From Oligoflexia bacterium (lineage in GTDB: Bacteria > Bdellovibrionota > UBA1018), in assembly GCA_963758495.1 (NCBI GenBank), contig CAVWVI010000003.1:1056001-1120000 (forward strand): a DNA stretch of 64,000 bases, in the 5' to 3' direction. Positions within the stretch are counted from its first letter, which is position 1, and every line of letters begins with the position of its first letter. A program made the translations under genes and the position numbers. Under the pieces are notes generated by a model. It was not told the DNA's origin. It worked only from the letters and a program-made list of their open reading frames with translations, and ran no database searches. Below, one piece after another: positions 41,629 to 52,700 of the stretch.

Positions 41629-43108
41629 AAGCGGCTTCACCCAATTCGAGCTGATTGACCGTAACTGAACCTTCCCCAGTACGAACCAGAATGGACCCTT
41701 TGCAGGCAGCGGCATTACCCGCACCCAAATCAGAGCCTTTATCGCCAATCATATAAGATTGAGAAATATCAACTTGTAATTTAAGTGCAGCATCCAAAAG
41801 CAGCTTGGGCTTAGGCTTTCGGCATTCACAGTGATCTTGGGGGACATGAAAGCAAAGCTCATAGTGATCAATCCTCACTGACCATTCCGATAAAAGGGTG
41901 TCCAATTTTTTATGAATTTCCGCCAGAACCGCTTGATCAATCAATCCGCGCCCCACCCCTGACTGATTGGATATGACGACCAACAAGTAGCCAGCCTTTT
42001 TGAGCATAGATAAAGCTTCACCCACCTGAGGCAGCAACCGAAGTTGTGCAGGATCACTCAGATAGCCGGGGTCTTCATTTAAAGTACCATCTCGATCTAA
42101 AAACACAGCTCTTCTTAAAATCTTTGAGCGCTTCTTTTCCCACTCCCATGCAGAAGATAGGATATTTTTAACTTGGGTGGGCCGAGCTCCAAATCCCAAA
42201 ACCTTTCGGGCAGCTGTTGAATCCGCCACAAGTTTAGGAGGATCTCCCGGACGCCGACTTTCTTCGATTACTTTAATTTTTTTCCCTGTGACTTCCTCAC
42301 AGGCACGGATCACTTCACGAACAGAAAACCCATTCTCACTTCCTAAATTATATGCTTCAAACACCCCCCCCTCATTCTTATTGTAAGTGAGCAACCGCTC
42401 CATACTAGCGGCATGAGCTGCGGCTAAATCCCAAACATGAATATAGTCACGAATGCATGTCCCATCTGGAGTGTTATAATCTGTCCCATAAACCTTGACA
42501 GCCTCATCCTGTGCAGCTGCCTTCAAAACCAGAGGGATCAAATGCGTCTCCGGTTCGTGCCACTCTCCCACTCTGAACTGAGGTTCCGCGCCCGCAGCAT
42601 TGAAATAACGGAGGGAAATAGCCCTCAATCCCCTTTTCTGAGAAAGATTTTCAAGCATCTTCTCCACTTCAAGCTTGGTCTCACCATAAGGATTTAAAGG
42701 TTTTTTAGGTAAATTTTCGTGAATTGCAGCCTCTCCCGGGTCTCCAAAAATTGCGCAGGTGGAAGAAAAGATAAAATTACGAACCCCTAGATCTAAAAGA
42801 ACGTCTAGAAGCTTCTCAGTTTGTTGGACATTATTTTCAAAATACTCTTTTGGTTTTTTTGTGCTTTCAGCCACCAAGCTTCGCGCGGCGAAATGCATCA
42901 CACAGTCAAACTTTTCTTTCAACACTAACTTAGAAACTAAAGCCGTATCTCCTGCCTGACCTAAAGAGAAGCCTTTTCCTAAAGCCAGCTCCCGATGCCC
43001 TGTTGAAAGATCATCTAAAACCCACACCTCATGTCCCGTGTCTACAAGCCACGCAGCGGTTGTACTTCCTACATAGCCTGCTCCACCCACTACTAAAACT
43101 TTTGCCAT
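41564..43108 (-). CDS. galE: UDP-glucose 4-epimerase GalE fused to a GmhB-like HAD phosphatase
   Basis: N-terminal GGAGYVGS, YGETK, LRYFNAAGA, GTCIRDYIHV; C-terminal FLDRDGT, SNQSGVGR, CFHVPQDHCECRKP, MIGD. Confidence 0.9.
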   Translation of the reverse strand: MAKVLVVGGAGYVGSTTAAWLVDTGHEVWVLDDLSTGHRELALGKGFSLGQAGDTALVSKLVLKEKFDCVMHFAARSLVAESTKKPKEYFENNVQQTEKLLDVLLDLGVRNFIFSSTCAIFGDPGEAAIHENLPKKPLNPYGETKLEVEKMLENLSQKRGLRAISLRYFNAAGAEPQFRVGEWHEPETHLIPLVLKAAAQDEAVKVYGTDYNTPDGTCIRDYIHVWDLAAAHAASMERLLTYNKNEGGVFEAYNLGSENGFSVREVIRACEEVTGKKIKVIEESRRPGDPPKLVADSTAARKVLGFGARPTQVKNILSSAWEWEKKRSKILRRAVFLDRDGTLNEDPGYLSDPAQLRLLPQVGEALSMLKKAGYLLVVISNQSGVGRGLIDQAVLAEIHKKLDTLLSEWSVRIDHYELCFHVPQDHCECRKPKPKLLLDAALKLQVDISQSYMIGDKGSDLGAGNAAACKGSILVRTGEGSVTVNQLELGEAAFIGESLMQAVHWILSQENGVF

Positions 43109-43199
43109 GCGGAGGAAGTTAGCATAAATTTAAACTTCTATTAACACTACACTCGAATTGATTTCAATTTTATGCGATTATTTTAAACTTGGTACATAC

Positions 43200-44921
43200 A
43201 TGCAATCTTTATTAAAACTTAAGCCGTACTTACGCCCTTATTTGTGGATTATTATTTGCAGCACAGCATTAGCCATTCCCTTATCGGCAATCCGACTTGG
43301 CCCCGCTCCGGTCGTTCGATATATGTTAGATGATCTCTTAGTTCGTAAAGACGCATCAAAACTCATCCTTTTTCCAGCAGCAATCATCGGACTCTATGCA
43401 CTCAACTTCGTGATTAGATTTTTTCATTACTACCTTTTGAGAGTGCTGATTATTCGAGTGAATCAAAAAATTAGAGATCAAATCTTTAATCATCTCCTAG
43501 GTCTTTCGGCCGATTATTTTACGGCACAAAGCACCGGAACGCTGATTTCGCGGACCAGTGTAGATCCTCAATATATTGATACAGGACTCTCTTGTATTAA
43601 TGTGGTCATTCGAGAGCCGATTACTTTAATATTTCTTTTCGGCTATGCCCTCAAACTGAATTGGCGATTGACCCTGATTACCGTATTGATCATTCCTATT
43701 CTTGCGTGGGTATTTACCGCTACGGGTAGAAATCTAAAACGCTATATCTCTCGTATGGCCGGAGTGAATGCACAACTTTATTCCATTCTCCAAGAGAGCT
43801 TTACCGGCATTCGAATTATTAAAACATTCAGGCTAGAAAAGTATGTATTCAAGAAATTTGAAGATAAAAATGAACAAAATGCCCGCCTACTCTTGAAGAC
43901 GTCACTTCTAGAAGAAGTCTCTCATCCTTTAGTTGAATTTCTCACTGCCTGCGCCCTAGCTCCGATCATTTACTTTGGTGGGTTACAAGTCCTTGTTGGA
44001 AAAATGACACCGGGAGACCTTTTTGGTTTTTTCACTGCATTTGCGATGATGATGAATCCCATCCGCATGATGAATGACGTAAATATCAAACTTCACCAAG
44101 CTTCTGTCGCGTGCGATCGAATGAACGAAATTTTACAATGGGAACCTCATCTTTATGAATCCCCAAGTCCTCAACCAGTCAATCACCTCAAAAATAGCAT
44201 TGAACTCAAGAGTGTATCTTTTGCTTATCCTGATGCCCCTACTCGCCCTATTTTAAAGAAAGTGAGTTTCTCAATTCCCCGTGGACAAGCAATTGCCATT
44301 GTGGGCGCCAGCGGTGCAGGAAAAAGCTCATTAGTAAGTCTTTTACCCAGAATTTTTGATGTCACTGAAGGAAGTATACAAATTGATGGTCAGGACATCC
44401 GAGAACTCGCGCTAGATGACTTGCGCAGGATGATCGCAGTCGTCAGCCAAGATGTTTTTCTTTTCAATGATACTATCGAAGAAAATATTCGATGCGGTCA
44501 CCTATCCGCCAGTCACGAAGAAATTCATGAGGCTGCGAAAAGAGCCCATGCCCTTGATTTTATCAACCATCTACCGGACGGCTTTCAATCCATCATTGGA
44601 GACCGAGGCCAAAAGCTTTCTGGCGGTGAAAAACAACGAATTTCTATTGCACGAGCGTTCTTAAGAAGCGCGCCGATTCTCATATTAGATGAAGCCACAT
44701 CGAGTCTGGACACAGAGTCAGAACGCGCAGTCCAAATCGCATTAGAGGAGCTGATGAGCAATCGTACAACGCTTATGGTTGCACATCGACTCTCCACGAT
44801 TCGTCACGCCAATCAAATTTTGGTCCTAAAAGATGGGGAAGTTGTCGAAAAAGGGACTCATCATGAGCTGATCCAGCTCGGTAACATATATGCAAAATTT
44901 CACGAAGTCCATAAGGTATAG
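43200..44921 (+). CDS. MsbA-like ABC exporter (permease plus ATPase)
   Basis: TM domain, GASGAGKS, LSGGEKQR, ILDEATSSLD. Confidence 0.88.
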   Translation: MQSLLKLKPYLRPYLWIIICSTALAIPLSAIRLGPAPVVRYMLDDLLVRKDASKLILFPAAIIGLYALNFVIRFFHYYLLRVLIIRVNQKIRDQIFNHLLGLSADYFTAQSTGTLISRTSVDPQYIDTGLSCINVVIREPITLIFLFGYALKLNWRLTLITVLIIPILAWVFTATGRNLKRYISRMAGVNAQLYSILQESFTGIRIIKTFRLEKYVFKKFEDKNEQNARLLLKTSLLEEVSHPLVEFLTACALAPIIYFGGLQVLVGKMTPGDLFGFFTAFAMMMNPIRMMNDVNIKLHQASVACDRMNEILQWEPHLYESPSPQPVNHLKNSIELKSVSFAYPDAPTRPILKKVSFSIPRGQAIAIVGASGAGKSSLVSLLPRIFDVTEGSIQIDGQDIRELALDDLRRMIAVVSQDVFLFNDTIEENIRCGHLSASHEEIHEAAKRAHALDFINHLPDGFQSIIGDRGQKLSGGEKQRISIARAFLRSAPILILDEATSSLDTESERAVQIALEELMSNRTTLMVAHRLSTIRHANQILVLKDGEVVEKGTHHELIQLGNIYAKFHEVHKV

Positions 44922-44991
44922 ACTTTATTGAAATAAATGCAGAATTTTCTAGTATTGCGCTCACTCATAAGCTTTGCTATCCCAATCACAT

Positions 44992-46368
44992 ATGAGCGAT
45001 TTATCAAATGATGGAGTTAAGCCAGCACAAGAATCACCCAAGGGACCTGCCCAAGACCTGAAAGATATGGCGGAATTGGTTTCCCTCTGTAAACGACGTG
45101 GGTTTGTATTTCCTTCCAGTGAAGTTTACGGTGGTATCAATGCCTGCTGGGATTACGGCCCACTTGGAATTGAGCTCAAACGTAATGTTAAAGAGCGCTG
45201 GTGGAAGGCCATGACTGACCGCGAAGATATTGAGGGACTCGATGCAGCCATCCTGATGCATCCTCGCGTGTGGGAAGCCTCAGGACATGTCGCGGGATTT
45301 GTTGATCCTCTGATTGACTGCAAAAAATGTAAATCCCGATTTCGCGCAGATAAAGTAGATGCAAAAGTAATAGAAGAAAAAAAATGCCCTTCTTGCGGTG
45401 GGGAGCTGACAGAGCCGCGTCAATTTAATCTCATGTTTAAAACACACATGGGCCCATTAGAAGACTCCGCTTCCATTGTTTACCTTCGCCCAGAAACAGC
45501 TCAAGGCATCTATGTTAATTTCGTCAATGTTCAGCAGTCATCTCGGCAGAAAGTGCCGTTTGGGATTGCCCAAATCGGAAAAGCATTTCGAAATGAAATC
45601 ACTCCAGGAAATTTTATTTTTCGAACGCGTGAGTTTGAACAAATGGAAATGCAATTTTTTGTTAAGCCATCCACCGATATGGAGTGGTTCGAAAAATGGA
45701 AACAAATTCGAATTCAGTGGCATCTTGACAATGGGATTCGAAAAAACAAACTCCGTTTTCACGAACATGGGCATGGTGAATTAGCCCATTATGCCAAAGC
45801 TGCTTTTGATATTGAATATGAATTTCCATTTGGATGGCAAGAGCTTGAAGGCATTCATAATCGAACCAACTTTGACCTCAGCAGACACCAAGAATTTAGT
45901 GGGAAAAAGCTTGAGTATTTTGACGAAGCAGGAAAGGAACGCTACATCCCTTACATAGTGGAAACTTCGGCAGGCTGTGATCGAACATTATTAGTCACAC
46001 TCGCCGATGCATACCGTTTTGATGGAGACAGGACTTGGCTAGAATTTCATCCCACTATGGCTCCTTATAAAGTCGCTATTTTCCCTTTAATGAAAAAACC
46101 AGAATTGCTTGAATATTCTGATAAAATATACCAAGATTTGAAAAAGAAATTCCGTGCGACAACCGATGACGCGGGATCAATCGGCAAGCGGTATCGTCGA
46201 CAGGATGAAATCGGTACACCCTTTGGAGTTACGATCGACTATGACACCCTCACAAACCACACAATCACCATCCGACACCGAGATAGCATGGCCCAAGAAA
46301 GGATCGCTGTTGAAAACCTCGGGCACTATATCAAAGAAAAGTTTGAAAATTGGAATCACCAGCCCTAG
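44992..46368 (+). CDS. glyQS: Glycine--tRNA ligase, alpha2 (homodimeric) type
   Basis: [49 protein letters not shown]. Confidence 0.96.
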   Translation: MSDLSNDGVKPAQESPKGPAQDLKDMAELVSLCKRRGFVFPSSEVYGGINACWDYGPLGIELKRNVKERWWKAMTDREDIEGLDAAILMHPRVWEASGHVAGFVDPLIDCKKCKSRFRADKVDAKVIEEKKCPSCGGELTEPRQFNLMFKTHMGPLEDSASIVYLRPETAQGIYVNFVNVQQSSRQKVPFGIAQIGKAFRNEITPGNFIFRTREFEQMEMQFFVKPSTDMEWFEKWKQIRIQWHLDNGIRKNKLRFHEHGHGELAHYAKAAFDIEYEFPFGWQELEGIHNRTNFDLSRHQEFSGKKLEYFDEAGKERYIPYIVETSAGCDRTLLVTLADAYRFDGDRTWLEFHPTMAPYKVAIFPLMKKPELLEYSDKIYQDLKKKFRATTDDAGSIGKRYRRQDEIGTPFGVTIDYDTLTNHTITIRHRDSMAQERIAVENLGHYIKEKFENWNHQP

Positions 46369-49177
46369 ACGAGAAGTAACCCCTTCAACAGGGGGCCGAA
46401 GTAAATACGTTTTTTCATTTGGAAACGGTAAAGCAGATGGGAACGAGACCCAGAAGAATCTTCTGGGTGGCAAGGGAGCCAATCTGCATGGGATGACCAA
46501 ATTGGGTTTACCTGTTCCTCCGGGCTTTACACTTTCTACTGAAGTCTGTAGTTTTTATTACGGTAACAATAAAACTTACCCAAAGCTACTTGAGCGTCAA
46601 GTTAAAGAAGCACTGGCGCGAGTCGAAAAACAGATGGGGCGAAAATTTGGAAGTCGCAAAAGCCCACTTCTGGTTTCAGTTCGATCTGGGGCTCGTGCCT
46701 CTATGCCTGGTATGATGGATACCATTCTCAATCTGGGCCTCAATGATGAAACAGTCCAAGGGCTCATTGAGGAATCAAAGGATCCTCGTTTCAGCTATGA
46801 TAGCTACAGACGCTTTATCTGTATGTATTCAGATGTCGTATTAGGAATTCATTCCAATCAATTCGAGTCTGCACTTGAGGACATGAAGCATCATCGTGGA
46901 GTAGAACTCGACACTCAGCTTTCAGCCGAAGACTTAAAAGATCTTGTGAGACAGTTTAAACAAATTGTTCGTACAAATGGGAGTCAGTTCCCTGAAGATC
47001 CTTGGGAACAAATCTGGGGAGCAATCGGAGCGGTATTTAACTCTTGGATGAATCCTCGCGCCATGGCTTATCGTAAATTAAATGGAATTCCCCAAGAATG
47101 GGGAACGGCAGTCACTGTACAATCCATGGTTTTTGGAAACATGGGGAATGATTGTGCAACTGGGGTAGCCTTTACCCGAGATCCGTCCACAGGCGATAAG
47201 AAATTCTTCGGAGAATTTTTATTGAATGCGCAAGGGGAAGATGTGGTCGCCGGAATTAGAACTCCGCAACCCATCAACAACGACTCCCGACAGGCTTCTA
47301 CAGAAAACCTTCCTCATTCGACTAGCTTAAGTTTACCGCTAAGTTTACCCTTAAGCCTAGAAGACGCTATGCCTAAGACCTATGGGCAGCTCGTTAAAAT
47401 CTATCGAAAACTCGAAAAGCATTATCGGGATATGCAAGATATCGAATTCACGGTCGAACGAGGCCAGCTCTTTATTCTGCAAACTCGAAGTGGAAAGCGC
47501 ACTGCAGCAGCTTCCTTGAAAATTGCTACCGACATGGTCAAAGAGCGTTTGATCTCAAAAGAAGAAGCAATTCTACGAATTAAACCCGAACAACTCGACC
47601 AACTTCTTCATCCTCGTTTAGATCCCACCGCTAAGAAAGATATCCTCGCAAAAGGACTGCCTGCCTCGCCTGGCGCTGCCGCAGGACAAGTTGTTTTCTC
47701 TCCAGAAACAGCAGATCTGTGGGTCTCTGAATTAGGAAGAAAAGTGATTCTCGTACGATTAGAAACCTCTCCAGAAGATATCCAAGGAATGGCCGTTGCT
47801 GAAGGCATTCTGACCTCTCGAGGCGGGATGACTTCCCATGCAGCAGTCGTTGCCCGAGGAATGGGAAAGTGCTGCGTTTCTGGCTGTAGCATGATCAAAG
47901 TGAATGAAGAGCGCAAAGAATTTACGGTGGGTGCGCACACCATTCGAGAAGGGGACTTCATCACCCTAGATGGCAGCACAGGAGAAGTCATTCGGGGTCA
48001 TGTTGCAACTCTTGTCCCAAAATTAAATCAAGACTTTCAAGAGCTCATGAAATGGGTTGACCAAGTGAGACAACTCCGTGTTCGAACGAATGCAGATACT
48101 CCCGCCGATGCAAAGGTTGCGCGAAGCTTTGGTGCTGAGGGCATTGGCCTTTGTCGAACTGAGCATATGTTTTTTGAATCGGATCGTATTGATGCAGTTC
48201 GTGAAATGATTTTGGCCGAGACCAAGCAGGCGAGAGAGATTGCTCTAGAGAAAATTCTCCCCATGCAAAAAAGTGACTTCAAAGGAATTTTTCGAGAAAT
48301 GAAGGGCCTTCCTGTCACAATTCGGTTATTGGATCCCCCCTTACATGAATTTATTCCTCATCAAGATGAAGAACTCCATACTCTTTCAAAGAAAATTAAT
48401 GTGAGTTTTGATCGCTTAAAAAAGAAAGCAGAAAGCCTACACGAAACGAATCCCATGTTAGGACACCGCGGTTGCCGACTGGGAGTCAGTTTTCCAGAAA
48501 TTTACCGAACGCAGGTTCGTGCCATTATGGAAGCTGCTTGCGAACTCATGCGGGATGAAAACTTTAAAATCACACCTGAGATTATGATTCCACTCGTGGG
48601 AGACTGGAAAGAGCTCAAATTTGTCGAAGATTATTGCATTGAAGAAATAGAAAAGATCATTGGCAGATTTAAAACTCAGGGAGTGAAAGGAATTCAATAT
48701 CAAATAGGCACGATGATTGAAATCCCAAGGGCAGCACTCACAGCCGCTGAAATTGCAAAATACGCTACCTTTTTCAGCTTTGGAACCAATGACCTGACCC
48801 AGACCACCTATGGACTTTCACGTGACGATTCCGGATTATTCCTCAAGGATTACTTAGAAAACAAGATTTTCGAACAAGATCCATTCGCCTCCTTGGACTC
48901 AACGGGAGTCGGCCGACTCATGAAAATTGCGATTGAAGATGGCAGATCTGTAAGACCCGATCTCAAAGTAGGGATCTGCGGTGAGCATGGTGGAGATCCT
49001 CAATCCGTTCAATTTTGTCATGGCTTAGGTCTGGATTATGTGAGTTGCTCCCCTTACCGAGTACCCATTGCACGTTTGGCAGCGGCACAAGCAGAAATTC
49101 AAAATCCGAAAAAAGCAAAGCTTGTGCGAAAATCCAAAAAGCCTGCTCAGAAAGCAAAAACTAAGGGTAAACGCTAG
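46343..49177 (+). CDS. ppdK: Pyruvate, phosphate dikinase (start uncertain; TTG 46343 likely)
   Basis: [46 protein letters not shown]. Confidence 0.96.
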   Translation: MKIGITSPRREVTPSTGGRSKYVFSFGNGKADGNETQKNLLGGKGANLHGMTKLGLPVPPGFTLSTEVCSFYYGNNKTYPKLLERQVKEALARVEKQMGRKFGSRKSPLLVSVRSGARASMPGMMDTILNLGLNDETVQGLIEESKDPRFSYDSYRRFICMYSDVVLGIHSNQFESALEDMKHHRGVELDTQLSAEDLKDLVRQFKQIVRTNGSQFPEDPWEQIWGAIGAVFNSWMNPRAMAYRKLNGIPQEWGTAVTVQSMVFGNMGNDCATGVAFTRDPSTGDKKFFGEFLLNAQGEDVVAGIRTPQPINNDSRQASTENLPHSTSLSLPLSLPLSLEDAMPKTYGQLVKIYRKLEKHYRDMQDIEFTVERGQLFILQTRSGKRTAAASLKIATDMVKERLISKEEAILRIKPEQLDQLLHPRLDPTAKKDILAKGLPASPGAAAGQVVFSPETADLWVSELGRKVILVRLETSPEDIQGMAVAEGILTSRGGMTSHAAVVARGMGKCCVSGCSMIKVNEERKEFTVGAHTIREGDFITLDGSTGEVIRGHVATLVPKLNQDFQELMKWVDQVRQLRVRTNADTPADAKVARSFGAEGIGLCRTEHMFFESDRIDAVREMILAETKQAREIALEKILPMQKSDFKGIFREMKGLPVTIRLLDPPLHEFIPHQDEELHTLSKKINVSFDRLKKKAESLHETNPMLGHRGCRLGVSFPEIYRTQVRAIMEAACELMRDENFKITPEIMIPLVGDWKELKFVEDYCIEEIEKIIGRFKTQGVKGIQYQIGTMIEIPRAALTAAEIAKYATFFSFGTNDLTQTTYGLSRDDSGLFLKDYLENKIFEQDPFASLDSTGVGRLMKIAIEDGRSVRPDLKVGICGEHGGDPQSVQFCHGLGLDYVSCSPYRVPIARLAAAQAEIQNPKKAKLVRKSKKPAQKAKTKGKR

Positions 49178-49335
49178 TTTTGAAAGTGCGTAATGGGAAA
49201 TAAATAGAAAGCTATCGGACTATAGTCCCCAGTTTTCAGGATTCAAAACTAAACTATGGCACTTTAATTAATAAATATCTTGCTATGCGTTAATAATTCC
49301 TCTACCCTAATTATAGGGAATAGGAGGAAATTTGA

Positions 49336-49437
49336 ATGCAGAATTTACGTAGCATTCACGCGCAGACGGAAAGTGCGCCGTATTGCATCAGAGCAGTTCT
49401 AGAATTTCCGGAAACCGGTCCCCCACGATTTAGATAG
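49336..49437 (+). CDS. Candidate 33-aa peptide MQNLRSIHAQTESAPYCIRAVLEFPETGPPRFR (not in ORF track)
   Basis: SD AGGAGG at 49322-49327, 8 nt before ATG 49336; TAG at 49435-49437. Confidence 0.5.
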   Translation: MQNLRSIHAQTESAPYCIRAVLEFPETGPPRFR

Positions 49438-49673
49438 CGTGAGCAGAACCGTTCTAGACTTTAGGACGCCTACGGTGCTCACGGACTGCCGGATCGTGCT
49501 TGGCCCAGCATGACCGCGACAGCATAACAAGTTTAAAAAAATATAAATCCATTTAACGCCGACGTTAAGAAGGCCTGCCGGGAGGCACCCCAGTGGAACA
49601 AAGATTCCAATCTTGACAAAGCGTATACTAGGTACGTTCTTTTTAGAACTACAAGCCCTTAGACGATCTACTT

Positions 49674-49710
49674 GCCCGATTGGACCGAGCTCCAATCGGG
49701 CTTTTTTTTT
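49674..49710 (+). terminator. Intrinsic terminator upstream of smc
   Basis: GCCCGATTGGA-CCGAGC-TCCAATCGGGC followed by T9. Confidence 0.9.
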
Positions 49711-49755
49711 GATTCCATTGACTTCTTCAGTCCGCTTGTTAAAGTCTTGAGTCAA

Positions 49756-52700
49756 ATGCGCGTTAAACGATTGGAAATTCAAGGCTTTAAGTCCTTTAAG
49801 GACAAAACCGTCATTCATTTTGATCATAGCATCACAGGAATTGTGGGGCCTAACGGCTGCGGCAAGTCCAATATTGTAGATGCCTTTTTCTGGGTCATGG
49901 GTGAGCAGTCCTACAAACACATGAGAGGGACTCATAGTGAAGACTTGATCTTTAACGGCAGCTCTAAATACTCCCCCCTCGGAATGGCTGAAGCGACGTT
50001 GGTGATGGAAACAGAAAGCATGGACACCACCCAAGCTGCAATCAACCCTTCCGACCAGGATGTGCCCATTCATCTCAAATCAAAAGAAGTCGCCGTGACT
50101 CGCAGACTCTATCGATCAGGCGAAGGTGAGTATTTCATTAATGGGACTTTATCTCGCCTGAAAGACATTCAGGAATTGTTCATGGACACCGGGGTAGGGG
50201 CTAAAGGCTACTCGGTCATTGAACAAGGACAAATCGGAAAAATTGTGAACGCGAAACCTGAAGACCGAAGACTTCTCATTGAAGAAGCGGCAGGAATCGC
50301 AAAATACAAAGCCAGAAAAAAAGAATCTCTTCGAAAGATGGAGGCCACCCAAACTAACCTTTCACGGCTCACAGATATTATCCAAGAGATCGAAAAAAAT
50401 CTAGCTTCACTCGAACGCCAGGCCCAGAAAGCCAGACTTTATAAAAAATACAAAGAAGAACTTCTAGGTAAAGAAATGACCTGGGGCCGCAGAAAAAGAC
50501 AAGTTTTTCACGAAAAGCTCGACTCACTCAGAAAACAAAAGGAAGTCTTAGAGCACGAATTAGCCGCTATGCGTGCAGAGCTTCAAACTGCTGAGAATTC
50601 AATAGAAGTAGATCGAATCGATTTAGTCACAGAAACAAAAGAAGCAGAAGACTTACAATTAGAGATTCAAGATCTTGCGGGCCAACTCTCCGAAGAACGA
50701 AGTGCGTTGGACCTTTCACGTCGAAGACAAGGGGATTTAAACTCCCAGCTTAAAGCCCTGGAAGAAGAAAAAACAGAATTACAAACTGCCATTACCACCA
50801 ATTTGACTCGTTTAGCGGAGAGTGAAGAGCAAGCCCAGGAAGCTGACCGATTATTTCAAAGCGCGGCGACTGAAGCTCAACAAAAGAACACTGCTCTCAA
50901 CCATTTAAGAAAAGAAACGGAAGGCGAACGCTCCCAACTCGACTCAACTCAGCGCGAACTGATGACTGGAATGAATCAAATTTCCAGCTTAACGTCAAAA
51001 GCAGCCGCCCTTTTGAGCAAAGCTGAATCAGCAAGCTCCCAAGCAGAGCGACTCACTCATCAAGAGAGTGCTCAAGAAGGAAAGCTGATGACGATTCGTG
51101 AAGAGTTAGAAACACTCATCACAAATACAGAAGACGTCAAAAGCAAACGAGACATTTTACAGACAGAGCGAAAAGAACAATCTTCTAAAATCCAGGAAGA
51201 AGATCAAGCTCTTCGACAGATGGAAAAGGAAAAAGACCAATCCCTTCGCTCACTCACTCAAATCAAATCGAAACTTCAAAGTCTTGAGGAACTCGACGAA
51301 TCTCATGAAGGATTAGCAGATGGACCCAAGGCCGCATTAGACTGGGTAAAAGCTCAAGGTAAAAGCCAAGATCTCACACCCTTAACAGACACTTTGAACG
51401 TTCAAAATGGTTATGAGGCTGTTCTTGAAAGCTGGTTAGAGAGCAAAATTGAAAACCTCATCACTGCAAATCCTGCTCTTGCCTTACCCCTATTAGAGCA
51501 AATTCGATCAGACAAACAAGGTCGAGTCAGTATTCAATATATCTCCAAAATTTTAAATGACGGAACTTCGAAAACTCAAACAACTTCGTTGAAGAAAATT
51601 AGCCTTCAATTAGAAAAGCATGGATTTAAAGTATTAGGAGAACTGTCTGATTTTGTCAGTAGCACGACAGAACATTCTACCTATTTAAGTCAATTGATTT
51701 CTGAAGTCTGTGTAGTCGAATCTTCGACACCGATGACTGCTTTTATTGAAAGTGGCGAACACCACGGCCTCTCAGGATGGGCTATTGTGAGCATGGATGG
51801 CGTGGCTTTAGAATCAAATGGCCTCATGCGCGGTGGAAGCCTGGATGCTTCAGGCGCCATTGGAATATTGCGCCGTAAACGTGCGATTGAAGAATTAAAA
51901 GAGCAAGTCACGGAAGCTGAATCCCAACATCAAAAATTGGAAGATGCCGTATTTAACGCAAAAAAGGATATTGAGTTGTCGCGTGCGCGTTTACAAACTC
52001 TGCAAACAGATTTGCAAACCCTTGAAATTCAGGCTGCCGCATTAAATCGCGACGTTCATCAAACAGAAAGAGCACTCCAAGAAGCTCAAGCTCACCTCCA
52101 CTCTCTCGAACGTGATTTGACTGAAATGCATCACGAAGTAGAAAGAGCACAGAGTGATCGTGAAAACATTGAATTGGAGCTAAAAGATTTAATTTCAAAT
52201 AAAAGCGAATTAGAAGATTCAATATCTACCGCTGAAAAAGCACTTCTTGAGAAAGAAACCATCCTTCGTGCTCAAGATGGAGAACTCCAAACTCTGCGTG
52301 TCAAGGAAGCTTCCCTTCGTGAACGATCCATCAGCTTAAAAAGAGAACATGAAGCCACACGTTCTCTGATTAGCGATCGACAACGCCGAATTGCGGAAGT
52401 CACTCGGACCCTAGAGAGAGCATCACGAGAACAAGCCGAGTTTAGCGGTGGAGAATCCGAACTGAGCCAAAACATCGAAGAACTCACGCTGGCTCTAGCG
52501 AGCGCTCGGGAAAAACTGGCTGCTGTCAAAGATGAAATTGAACAAGCTAATGCAAAAGTGAACAGCACCCTTGAAAAAATTAAAAAGCTTCATAAAACAG
52601 GAGAACTGAAAACCACGGAGTCCACTCAAGTCGCTCTAGAGCTAGAGAAGTTATCCGGTGAGCTTTCTCATTTAATCCTGAATCTTGAAGAAAAGTATGG

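Larger units (their letters stand above)
49297..49710 (+). ncRNA. Candidate structured RNA of unknown family
   Basis: Run of stems at 49297-49329, 49360-49378, 49438-49483, 49490-49516, 49553-49568 and 49576-49587, ending in a strong terminator. Confidence 0.45.

Noticed and set aside
46154..46342. Long N-terminal extension of PpdK overlapping glyQS
   Set aside because: Conserved PpdK sequence begins at KYVFSFG; the upstream part is an open alternate frame of glyQS.
49217..49228. Group I intron S element (similarity to ATAGTCC)
   Set aside because: No matching P7 partner or interrupted host gene; better explained as a simple palindrome.
49297..49710. tmRNA, RNase P RNA, SRP RNA or c-di-GMP-I riboswitch
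   Set aside because: No tRNA-like ends or tag peptide, no GAGGAAAGTCC, no SRP helix-8 motif and no GCAAA...GAAA...ACGCAAA pattern seen on either strand.
49399..50073. 224-aa minus-strand ORF
   Set aside because: Largely antisense to the smc 5' end and crosses a terminator; no recognisable domain.
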